This document shows, in pieces, positions 9,156-17,063 of a DNA stretch of 35,766 nt. The notes beneath the pieces were generated by a model. It worked only from the letters and a program-made list of their open reading frames with translations. It had not been told where the DNA came from and did not search any database. The translations under genes and the position numbers were made by a program. The DNA lies in IMG/VR virus record IMGVR_UViG_3300045988_100376. The stretch is one strand, 5' to 3'. The DNA comes from a virus. How positions within the stretch are numbered: the first letter of the stretch is position 1; the number at the start of each line of letters is the position of its first letter.

Positions 9156-9382
9156 GAGACATTAAAAATATTACCGTTAATTACGATAACGGCGAAATAG
9201 AAACCTTAAATAAAGGTGTAGTTGTTGGTTTTGATGAAATCGACAACGAAGAAGAAACTATCAAGGTCAGCTATCGTATGTGCGATATTAAAGGCAAGGA
9301 TTTGTATTTGATTGTAAACGCTGTTATTGCGTTGGCACAGAAACTTGGTATGCTTGACGAGGAGGAGCGTGATGCGGATTGA
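9152..9382 (+). CDS. Hypothetical protein
   Basis: RBS gaggt. The start overlaps the previous gene's stop and its stop overlaps the next gene's start. Confidence 0.5.
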   Translation: MRDIKNITVNYDNGEIETLNKGVVVGFDEIDNEEETIKVSYRMCDIKGKDLYLIVNAVIALAQKLGMLDEEERDAD

Positions 9383-9789
9383 CGGTTAAAGATTATTTAT
9401 ATTCGGTCAGGGTTTCGGATAAGCTGATCAGAACGAAAGAACACGAGCTGTCGAAACTTAGGCTGAATATTGCACAGGTATCGGTTAAGCAAAACGAACC
9501 TGTTAAGACATCGGGAGTTAGTGACCCTATGCGGATTGTTGACAGGATTGCAGACCTACAGGCTGAAATCAATCGGGAGATTGACAATCTTGTACGGTTG
9601 AAAACTGAAATTCGCAGTAAAATCAACGCACTTGATGATTACCGTTACATTGCGATTTTGACCGAGTATTACATAAATTGTCATCGGTGGGAAGATATTG
9701 CAGAGTGTATGGAAATGAGCGTAAGGCATACCCTGAGGTTGCACGGCGAAGCGTTACAGGCATTCCGAAAAAAGTTCGATTTTTCGTAA
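9379..9789 (+). CDS. DUF1492 / sigma-70 region-4-like late-gene transcriptional regulator
   Basis: Pattern DYL...L....I..K..E...L......DRIADLQAEINREIDNLVRLKTEI...YRYIAILTEYY...WEDIAE.M..SVRHTLRLHGEAL. It is the last gene before the packaging module. TTG start overlaps the previous stop. Confidence 0.65.
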   Translation: MTVKDYLYSVRVSDKLIRTKEHELSKLRLNIAQVSVKQNEPVKTSGVSDPMRIVDRIADLQAEINREIDNLVRLKTEIRSKINALDDYRYIAILTEYYINCHRWEDIAECMEMSVRHTLRLHGEALQAFRKKFDFS

Positions 9790-9807
9790 AATTATTTTAA
9801 AATGTCA

Positions 9808-9836
9808 TTGAATGTCACCCTTACCCTGCGTATAAT
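9808..9836 (+). promoter_or_regulatory. Near-consensus sigma-A-type promoter (TTGAAT-17-TATAAT), flanked by a direct AATGTCA repeat
   Basis: ttgaat 9808-9813, 17-nt spacer, tataat 9831-9836. aatgtca occurs at 9801-9807 and 9811-9817. Confidence 0.6.
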
Positions 9837-9899
9837 GGTATTATGAAAGTTTGACAAACAGGACATATGTGAAACTCTCCTAAGATAAAAATTGCACAG

Positions 9900-9930
9900 A
9901 CCGCTCTCGTTTGAGGGCGGTTTTGTGTTG
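9900..9930 (+). terminator. Intrinsic terminator
   Basis: 9-bp stem accgctctc/gagggcggt (one G-U pair), 4-nt loop, then ttttgtgttg. Confidence 0.7.
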
Positions 9931-10057
9931 TGTGTGGTTATTTTATACAAATTATTACTTTCTTAATTGTGCGGTTTACAGAAAAATGTAAAATTCGTTG
10001 AATTGTGTCAAATAATATGATAGATTAGTGGTATATAATAACTAAGGAGAGCTACAT

Positions 10058-10909
10058 ATGAGCGAAGAAAGTAAGGCAAAAACCTGTTTTGTTATAATGC
10101 CTATATCAGATCAGCCGAAATACCCTGCAGGTCATTTTGACAAAATATACGAACAGATAATTGTTCCTGCTGTCAAAGAAGCAGGATTTGAACCTATAAG
10201 AGCAGATAGCAATCAAATATGTGATTCGATAATGCAAAAAATTTTGAAAAATTTAGTTGAATGTGATATGGCAATTTGCGATTTAAGTTCAAGAAATCCG
10301 AATGTTATGTATGAATTAGGAATTCGACAAGCCTATGGTAAAAAAGTAGTTTTGATACAGGACGATGCTACTGATAAAATTTTTGATGTAGCAGGAATAA
10401 ATACTGTTTTTTATAAGAGAGATAGGTTGTATGAAAATGTTATTAAGGCAAAAGATGATATTGCTAATGCGATAAAGGAAACTTATGAAAATGGTTCATT
10501 TTCGTTAATGAGTATAGCAAATTTAGAAAATGCAACTGTAGATAATTCCAAAGTTGATGAGGTCGTTTTCGATAGATTTATGATGAAATCAATATATTCA
10601 AAGTTAGATGCTATTGAAGATTCAATAAGAATGTTTTCTAATACGCCAAATGTTAGTGACGAATTAAATGTTGACCTTAATAATCGTGAATTTGCAAGCT
10701 TGCTTATGGAATGTCGATATGCATTGAGAAACAATCCCAATAATCTTGATTTACTTATTTCCTGTTATCAAAAATTGTTGAGAGTTAATAGTTTATTGAT
10801 TAACAATAAGGACAATAAATTACTTACGCCTAAAGACTGTTTGATATTAAGAAATACACTGGCAGAATTGAATGACAGAATTAATGATTTAACGCTTAAT
10901 ACTGATTAA
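10058..10909 (+). CDS. Protein with an N-terminal domain like nucleoside 2-deoxyribosyltransferase or TIR (flavodoxin-type fold) plus a helical C-terminal domain; accessory gene
   Basis: CFVIMPI...(helix)...CDMAICDLSSRNPNVMYELGIRQAYGKKVVLI matches the NDT-like pattern hydrophobic-D-x-(D/N)xGTxxExGxAxxxGKPv. RBS aaggagag. Visibly AT-rich. Bracketed by terminators. Confidence 0.5.
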   Translation: MSEESKAKTCFVIMPISDQPKYPAGHFDKIYEQIIVPAVKEAGFEPIRADSNQICDSIMQKILKNLVECDMAICDLSSRNPNVMYELGIRQAYGKKVVLIQDDATDKIFDVAGINTVFYKRDRLYENVIKAKDDIANAIKETYENGSFSLMSIANLENATVDNSKVDEVVFDRFMMKSIYSKLDAIEDSIRMFSNTPNVSDELNVDLNNREFASLLMECRYALRNNPNNLDLLISCYQKLLRVNSLLINNKDNKLLTPKDCLILRNTLAELNDRINDLTLNTD

Positions 10910-10911
10910 TT

Positions 10912-10941
10912 GAGAGTGCATTTAGTACTCTCTTTTCTTTT
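10912..10941 (+). terminator. Intrinsic terminator
   Basis: Stem gagagtgc/g-tactctc followed by ttttcttttg. Confidence 0.65.
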
Positions 10942-10980
10942 GCTTATTTTTAGAATTTTCAGACAAAGAGAGGTGATACC

Positions 10981-11376
10981 GTGAAAGACAAATTAAATGC
11001 AAGGCAGAGAAAGTTTGCGGAATATTATGCGCAGAGCGGTAACACCGTTCAGAGTGCGATACAGGCAGGATATTCAGAAAATTACGCAAACGCAAGAGCG
11101 TATGAATTGTTGGATAATGTTGGAGTTTCAAAATACATCAAGGAGCTTTCCGATAAGCTCAAGGACGAGCGCATTATGAGTGCAAAGGACAGACAGGTTG
11201 CTTTGTCCGACATTGCAAGGAATGACGGGCAGGACACCTCCGACAGAATCAGGGCGATTGACACGCTCAACAAGATGACGGGAGAATACACCGTTAAGGT
11301 TGACGCAAAGGTTGAGCAATCCGAAAAGCTCTCTGATGTGTTCAGACAGTTAGGCGGTGAGGGCTTGAGTGAGTAG
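10981..11376 (+). CDS. terS: Terminase small subunit
   Basis: LNARQRKFAEYYAQSGNTVQSAIQAGYSENYANARAYELL is typical of the Terminase_2 family. GTG start after agaggtga. Confidence 0.85.
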   Translation: MKDKLNARQRKFAEYYAQSGNTVQSAIQAGYSENYANARAYELLDNVGVSKYIKELSDKLKDERIMSAKDRQVALSDIARNDGQDTSDRIRAIDTLNKMTGEYTVKVDAKVEQSEKLSDVFRQLGGEGLSE

Positions 11377-12730
11377 CTTTCCTTTGTCGCAAAAATACAT
11401 TGACTTTATCAACACAACAAATGTGTCGGCTGAATTTCTTGAAGGAACTACAGCGTCCGGCAAAACTACCGTCGGAGCAGGCGTTAAGTTTATGCGAATG
11501 GTGTCGCAGTCACCGAAGAAGCTTCACGCAATTGCCGCCAAGACAACTGGTAAAGCCGAAGAAACCATTATTCAGCAGGATAACGGTATTCTCGACCTGC
11601 ACCGTAACGCAGTTTACTGTGGCAACGGCGACAAGGATTACAAGTTGCCGCATATCAAGTTTGAGGACAAAATTATCTATATTCTCGGTTACAGCAGTCG
11701 GGATAAGTGGGAAATGGTTCTCGGTGCGCAGTTTGGGTGCGTTTATATTGACGAAATCAACACCGCCGATATCGAGTTTATCCGAGAGATGTCAACCCGT
11801 AATGACTATATGCTTGCGACGCTGAATCCCGATGATCCGAGCCTGCCTGTGTATAAGGAGTTTGTCAACCGCTCCCGTCCTTTTAAAAAATATGAAAACG
11901 ATGTTCCTCCCGAGATTACGGCGGAGCTTACCGAAGAACCTGTACCGAATTGGCGGTATTGGTTCTTTTCTTTTGCCGACAATTTAAGTCTTACATCCGA
12001 ACAGATTGAAAAGAAAAAGAACTCTGCACCGAAAGGTACAAAGCTCTATAAAAATAAAATCTTAGGTTTGCGAGGCAGAGCAACAGGTCTTGTGTTCCCG
12101 AATTTTGAGAGGGCAAGACATATCAAATCAAAAGAGTGGGCAGGAAAGTTTTTGAACTGTAACCGCAAGTCGGAACACTTTGTTCAGTTCACCGCAGGTC
12201 TTGATACCGCCTATTCGCAGAAGTCGCCTGACACTATCGCAATGACATTTTACGGCATTACCAATCACGGTAAGTGTGTTCAGCTTGATGAAAGAGTTTA
12301 CAACAATGCCGAAATGCAAACACCTATTGCCCCGAGTGACACGGTGAAGAATTTTATTGATTTTCTTGACCGCAACCGTGATGAATGGGGCTTTGCACGC
12401 ACGGCTTTTATTGACAGCGCCGACCAAGCGACTATTACCGAATTTCAAAAGTATAAGCGACAGCACGGCTGTGTCTATGACTTTGCAAATGCATGGAAGA
12501 AAACGAAGATTATCGACCGAATCAATCTTGTACTCGGCTGGCTTGCCACCGACTGTTATTTTGTGCTTGAACATTGTAAAAGCACGATTGCCGAGTTTGA
12601 AATTTACAGCTGGCGAGAGGATAAAGACAACACACCCGAGGACGGTCACGACCATTGCATTAACAGCGGTCAATATGCGTGGCTGCCGTTTAAAAATATT
12701 ATTGGAAGTGAAATAAATGGGGCTGATTAA
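11369..12730 (+). CDS. terL: Terminase large subunit
   Basis: Walker A GTTASGKTT, Walker B-like VYIDEI. Position between terS and portal. Confidence 0.85.
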   Translation: MSSFPLSQKYIDFINTTNVSAEFLEGTTASGKTTVGAGVKFMRMVSQSPKKLHAIAAKTTGKAEETIIQQDNGILDLHRNAVYCGNGDKDYKLPHIKFEDKIIYILGYSSRDKWEMVLGAQFGCVYIDEINTADIEFIREMSTRNDYMLATLNPDDPSLPVYKEFVNRSRPFKKYENDVPPEITAELTEEPVPNWRYWFFSFADNLSLTSEQIEKKKNSAPKGTKLYKNKILGLRGRATGLVFPNFERARHIKSKEWAGKFLNCNRKSEHFVQFTAGLDTAYSQKSPDTIAMTFYGITNHGKCVQLDERVYNNAEMQTPIAPSDTVKNFIDFLDRNRDEWGFARTAFIDSADQATITEFQKYKRQHGCVYDFANAWKKTKIIDRINLVLGWLATDCYFVLEHCKSTIAEFEIYSWREDKDNTPEDGHDHCINSGQYAWLPFKNIIGSEINGAD

Positions 12731-14324
12731 CAGAATGGCTGAATCTATCAGATCGGGAATTAAAAACTTTTTGCAGATTACTCCTGCAAGCGACAAAACA
12801 ATTACCGTTACCGAAACAAGCGATCATCTGACCGAGTGCTTTATCAATCGCATTTGGTATTGGGGCAACAGCAGACAGCTTGCGGAGCTGTACAGGCAGA
12901 TTGATACAAACAAAACTATGTTTTGGGCGGCAAAAAGCACAAAGGGGCTTGAAATCCGTAAAATACACACGGGCTTGCCGGCACTCATCTGCGAAACACT
13001 TGTGAATATCGTAATTGCCGACTACAACGGCACAGATGTTACAAGTAAAAATTCAACCGCTTATGCAGAGCGTTGGGAAGATATTGAAAAGCAGAACAAA
13101 TTGTCCGACACGGTTAAGCAAATGCTCCGTGACCTATGTGTTGTCGGTGACGGTGCTTTTAAGGTCAGCTTTGACACGGCTGTATCAGATGTTCCGATTG
13201 TTGAATGGTATCCTGCCGAAAACATCGACTTTACATATGTGCGTGGCAGAATCCGAGAGGTTAAGTTTTACACCGATTACACGCAAAAACACCGCCGTTA
13301 CCGTTTTGAAGAAACATACGGTTACGGCTATATTCACTATGCTTTGTATGATGACAACGGCAAAGAGATTGACCTGCACACGGTTGACGCTCTTTCGTGG
13401 ATTGATTCAAAGGGCGTTACATTTGACGAATCATATATGTGGGCTGTACCTGTCCTTTACGGCAAATCGTGCCACAAGGGCAGAGGTGCGGGCATTATCG
13501 GCATAAAAACAGACGCTTTCGACAGCCTTGATGAAGTGTGGTCACAGTGGATGGACGCACTCAGAGCCTGCCGAACAAAGCAGTATGTGCCTGATTGCCT
13601 TGTTCCGAGAAATCCCGAAACCTGTCAGCCGATATCGCCAAATCCGTTTGACAACCGATTTATCACCGTGGGCAACGATATGTCTGAAAACGGCAACGGC
13701 AACAGGATTTACACCGAAAGTCCGCAGATTCAGCACGAAAGCTATTTGAGTTCATACATTACTGCCCTCGACCTCTGCTTACAGGGCATTATATCGCCGT
13801 CAACTCTCGGCATTGATACGAAGAAGCTTGATAATGCAGACGCTCAGCGTGAAAAGGAAAAGACAACCCTTTACACAAGGCAGAACCTTGTGAAAATTAC
13901 GCAGAACGCACTTCAAAGCCTTGTAGCAGTTGTACTCAATGCAGACGGTGAACTTAACGGCAAGGGTATTGTTGAGGGCTTGGAAGTATCCGTAAACTTC
14001 GGCGAATATGCAAATCCGAGCTTTGAAAGTCAGGTTGAAACCGTGTCAAAAGCAAGACAGGGCGGTTTGATGTCAGTTAAAACCTCGGTTGATGAGCTTT
14101 ACGGCGACAGCAAGTCGGAGGATTGGAAAGCCGAAGAGGTGCAGAGAATTAAGGAAGAGCAGGGCATTGCAGGCGAAGAAGAAAAGTCGGAGCTTAACGA
14201 TGTGGACCTTACCGACACAGAAGAACCTGACAATAACGCAGATGATGAAGAAAATACGGAAAATAATGCAGAAAAAACCGAAAGCAATCCCGAACAGAAC
14301 GATACACAGGTAAACAATGAGTGA
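12717..14324 (+). CDS. Portal protein (SPP1 gp6-like)
   Basis: Size, position after terL, acidic C-terminal tail. Confidence 0.8.
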   Translation: MGLINRMAESIRSGIKNFLQITPASDKTITVTETSDHLTECFINRIWYWGNSRQLAELYRQIDTNKTMFWAAKSTKGLEIRKIHTGLPALICETLVNIVIADYNGTDVTSKNSTAYAERWEDIEKQNKLSDTVKQMLRDLCVVGDGAFKVSFDTAVSDVPIVEWYPAENIDFTYVRGRIREVKFYTDYTQKHRRYRFEETYGYGYIHYALYDDNGKEIDLHTVDALSWIDSKGVTFDESYMWAVPVLYGKSCHKGRGAGIIGIKTDAFDSLDEVWSQWMDALRACRTKQYVPDCLVPRNPETCQPISPNPFDNRFITVGNDMSENGNGNRIYTESPQIQHESYLSSYITALDLCLQGIISPSTLGIDTKKLDNADAQREKEKTTLYTRQNLVKITQNALQSLVAVVLNADGELNGKGIVEGLEVSVNFGEYANPSFESQVETVSKARQGGLMSVKTSVDELYGDSKSEDWKAEEVQRIKEEQGIAGEEEKSELNDVDLTDTEEPDNNADDEENTENNAEKTESNPEQNDTQVNNE

Positions 14325-16005
14325 TTACAATATCAGAGAAGCCTTTGAAAAAATCGAAGATGAACTGATTGACAGCATGATGAGAAATTTCAGCCGTCAC
14401 AGAGCCGAAGAAACCAAAGAGGGTTACAACTGGACACAATGGCAGGCTGAACAGCTCAAAAGTCTTGAAGAGTACCGTAAGCACAACGCAAAGAAATTTG
14501 GCAAGCGTTTCAAAACCATTAACGGCAAGGTTGAAGAGATGATTCGCACCGCCAAAGCTGACGGAAATGCAAGTCAGGAGGCAGAAATTCTTGAAGCTGT
14601 CAAGGACGGTTTCAAAGCCCCGAAAAAGCCGTCAGGACACAGCACAGCCGAGTTTTTTAAGGTGAATGACCGTAAACTTGACGCACTCATAAAATCGACC
14701 ACAGACGATTTAAAGAGGGCAGAAACGGCAGTTTTGCGTATGAGCAACGACAAGTACCGCAAGGCGATTTTTAACGCACAGGTTGCAATGAACACGGGTG
14801 CGGTTACATACGAAAAAGCCGTTGATATCGCCTGCAAAGATATGCTCAACGCAGGTCTTAATTGTGTGGAATACAAAAACGGTGCAAGGCATACGCTCTC
14901 GGATTATGCGGATATGGCGGTTAAAACAGCCAACAAAAGAGCCTATCTGCGTGGTGAGGGCGAAAAGCGAGCCGAATGGGGAGTATCCCTCGTTGTTGTG
15001 AACTCAAGACAGGGCGGTTGCCCCGATTGTGCAAAATATATCGGCAAGGTGTTTATTGACGATGTTTATTCAAACGGCAAAAAGTCAGACGGAAACTATC
15101 CGCTTCTCTCAACCGCAATCAAGAACGGTTTGTTTCATCCGAGATGTAAGGACAGCACAAGTACATATTATCCCGAACTTGATGATTTGGACGCACCGTT
15201 GTCTAAAGATGAAATCAAAGAGCTTGACCGTCAGCGAGGAATTGAGGAAAAACAGCAGTATGCACAGCGACAGGCAGAACGCTTTGACCGCCGTGCCGAA
15301 TACAGTCTTGACGAGGATAATAAACGCATTGCCCAAACCCGAGCCGATGAGTGGCACGATAGGGCTGATATGCTTGAAGAAAAGGCGAAAAAAGCAGAGA
15401 GTGTTAATAAAATCACCGCTGAATCTGTTGCAAAATCGGGTAAAAGTGGTATAATAAAAGAGAAAAGTAAAAAGCCTATTACTCCAATAACCGATAAAGC
15501 TATCAGTTGTATTCCTAAAGTTGATATTGAAGGTTATACAGAAGAGCAGTGTTTGGAAATTCAAAAACAACACAAGGAGCTTTTGAAATTTTCAAAAGAA
15601 CAAAATGAAAATAAAGAAGTTGCCTTCGTGTTAAAAAATGATGTGTCCAAAATGATTACAGAGCCTATTAAAGGAACTGATGAAAAAATAGATTTTGGAT
15701 CAACACTTCAAGGCAAAGATTTATTTGTTATGCACAATCACCCGAGAAACAGCAGTTATTCTTTAAATGATATTATCGAATTTATTAAGAATGATAGTAT
15801 AAAAACATTTACTATTGTGAAAAACGATGGCAACATTGAAGTATTAACAAAGTTGAAAGGATACGACAGACTATCACTTTTAACAGAGTTACAACGAATG
15901 GGAAAAAAGAGGATAAAAACAGGTTCTGATAGTGAATACAGAAAGGTTATTGATAAATTTTTAAGTAAACATCAAGAAGGAGGTTTATTTGAATGGAAGA
16001 AATAA
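14317..16005 (+). CDS. MuF/SPP1 gp7-like head morphogenesis protein with a C-terminal JAB/RadC-like cargo module
   Basis: MuF core ends with GLFHPRCKDSTSTYYP, followed by a coiled coil. An AT-rich C-terminal ~190 aa then contains VMHNHPRNSSYSLNDI. Confidence 0.75.
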   Translation: MSDYNIREAFEKIEDELIDSMMRNFSRHRAEETKEGYNWTQWQAEQLKSLEEYRKHNAKKFGKRFKTINGKVEEMIRTAKADGNASQEAEILEAVKDGFKAPKKPSGHSTAEFFKVNDRKLDALIKSTTDDLKRAETAVLRMSNDKYRKAIFNAQVAMNTGAVTYEKAVDIACKDMLNAGLNCVEYKNGARHTLSDYADMAVKTANKRAYLRGEGEKRAEWGVSLVVVNSRQGGCPDCAKYIGKVFIDDVYSNGKKSDGNYPLLSTAIKNGLFHPRCKDSTSTYYPELDDLDAPLSKDEIKELDRQRGIEEKQQYAQRQAERFDRRAEYSLDEDNKRIAQTRADEWHDRADMLEEKAKKAESVNKITAESVAKSGKSGIIKEKSKKPITPITDKAISCIPKVDIEGYTEEQCLEIQKQHKELLKFSKEQNENKEVAFVLKNDVSKMITEPIKGTDEKIDFGSTLQGKDLFVMHNHPRNSSYSLNDIIEFIKNDSIKTFTIVKNDGNIEVLTKLKGYDRLSLLTELQRMGKKRIKTGSDSEYRKVIDKFLSKHQEGGLFEWKK

Positions 16006-16097
16006 ACAAATCTGTTTTAGATGGTTCTAACGAAGAAGCTTCAAAACGTCTTGACGAAATAATTAAAGAACTTGAAAAACAAAGAAACAAAAGCTAA
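15993..16097 (+). CDS. 34-aa ORF MEEINKSVLDGSNEEASKRLDEIIKELEKQRNKS overlapping the end of the MuF gene
   Basis: gaaggagg lies 10 nt upstream of the ATG at 15993. The ORF ends at the terminator. Below the ORF-track cutoff. Confidence 0.45.
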   Translation: MEEINKSVLDGSNEEASKRLDEIIKELEKQRNKS

Positions 16098-16129
16098 CCG
16101 CTCCGTAAAAAGGGCGGTTTTGTTGTTTA
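16097..16129 (+). terminator. Intrinsic terminator
   Basis: accgctc/gggcggt stem followed by tttgttgttt. Confidence 0.6.
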
Positions 16130-16215
16130 ACTTGCCGAGAATATGTTCAGAGCAAGAAAAACGGCTTGTTTTCGGACTTTTTAACTTGCCGTAACAGAAC
16201 TAAATACATCAAATC

Positions 16216-16250
16216 AGCACTTTGAGAAATCAGAGTGCTTTTTTATTATT
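16216..16250 (+). terminator. Intrinsic terminator, twin of the one at 16923-16957
   Basis: agcactttga...tcagagtgc followed by ttttttatt. Confidence 0.6.
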
Positions 16251-16272
16251 AATCAAAGAAAGGTTTGATACT

Positions 16273-16677
16273 ATGAGAAAAAGAATTTTAGCAATTGTAC
16301 TTATGGTAGTTATGATTGCAACAATCGTACTGGTTACTGTGGGCTGTACCGAGGCAACGCAGGTATCGTACAATGTTTCGCAGGAAGCAGACAATTTCAA
16401 TGTGATACGCAGGCTTACGGTTATTAACACAAGAACCGATAAGCCGTCATTTGAACTTGTTGCCGCTTTTTCATTACAGGTCGATAATGACGATAACCAA
16501 ATTGAGGTTGTCTGCGAAACGGGCAAGGGTGAATACAAAAAGCATATCATAGGTCTTAATGATGAAACTATGTATGTTGTAGAGGACATAAGCGGTGCAG
16601 AAGTGGACAAATACCGTTATGAAATTAACTTCCTGCCTAAACAGATTTTGCCGATTACATTTAAGAGTAAAGATTAA
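16273..16677 (+). CDS. Putative lipoprotein (134 aa)
   Basis: MRKRILAIVLMVVMIATIVLVTVGC looks like a signal peptide plus lipobox-like VGC. I chose the ATG at 16273 rather than the track start. Confidence 0.6.
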   Translation: MRKRILAIVLMVVMIATIVLVTVGCTEATQVSYNVSQEADNFNVIRRLTVINTRTDKPSFELVAAFSLQVDNDDNQIEVVCETGKGEYKKHIIGLNDETMYVVEDISGAEVDKYRYEINFLPKQILPITFKSKD

Positions 16678-16723
16678 CAGTTAAACCCGTCGATTTCGAC
16701 CGGTTTAGAAAGGTGGTGACAGA

Positions 16724-16924
16724 ATGAAAATCAGAGTAACAACAGCATTTAATGACAGGCAGAACGGTTATGTAACCCGACCTGTGAATGAAGTTTTTGA
16801 ATGTTCCGAGCAGAGGGCAAAGGAACTCATTGACGGCGGTTTTGCAGAAGAGGTCAAGTCTGACGCTCCCAAAAAGCCGAGAGCCAAAGCAGTTAAAACA
16901 GAAAAAACAGAAAAAGCGGATTAA
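16724..16924 (+). CDS. Hypothetical 66-aa protein with a lysine-rich tail
   Basis: RBS gaaaggtggtg. The stop is embedded in a terminator stem. Confidence 0.5.
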   Translation: MKIRVTTAFNDRQNGYVTRPVNEVFECSEQRAKELIDGGFAEEVKSDAPKKPRAKAVKTEKTEKAD

Positions 16925-16957
16925 GCACTTTACGAATATGTAAGGTGCTTTTTTATT
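16923..16957 (+). terminator. Intrinsic terminator, twin of the one at 16216-16250
   Basis: agcacttta/taaggtgct stem followed by ttttttatt. Confidence 0.65.
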
Positions 16958-16974
16958 GTCCGAAGACATTAAAC

Positions 16975-17051
16975 TACGGGAGACACCGTGCAAAACTGAA
17001 ACAGAGAGACACTCTATAAACTGATTACGGGAGACACCCGAAAAACTGAAA
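16975..17051 (+). repeat. Direct repeats TACGGGAGACACC..AAAACTGAAA (two copies, ~51 bp apart) with a third GAGACAC-like copy between them
   Basis: tacgggagacacc occurs at 16975-16987 and 17026-17038. aaaactgaaa follows each copy. agagagacactc lies at about 17003-17014. Confidence 0.7.
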
Positions 17052-17063
17052 GGATATGAAAAA

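Noticed and set aside
9846-9857. Mini-ORF atgaaagtttga in the short leader after the 9808 promoter
   Set aside because: It has three sense codons and no clear RBS. It is noted only as a possible leader peptide, and I have no evidence for that.
12128-12796. 222-aa - strand ORF inside terL. The same applies to the many 60-160-aa antisense or alternative-frame ORFs in the track, for example 486-806, 3978-4433, 15109-15573, 17150-17635 and 20371-20748.
   Set aside because: All are nested in longer ORFs that have recognisable motifs and RBSs. None has an RBS or a recognisable domain. They are typical of spurious long antisense frames.
15733-15771. Reading HNHP in the MuF tail as an HNH endonuclease motif
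   Set aside because: The context (E...G...hydrophobic-HNHP-x6-S-x2-D, no Cys/His zinc-finger pairs, no second Asn/His at HNH spacing) fits a JAB/RadC-type metal site better than an HNH nuclease.
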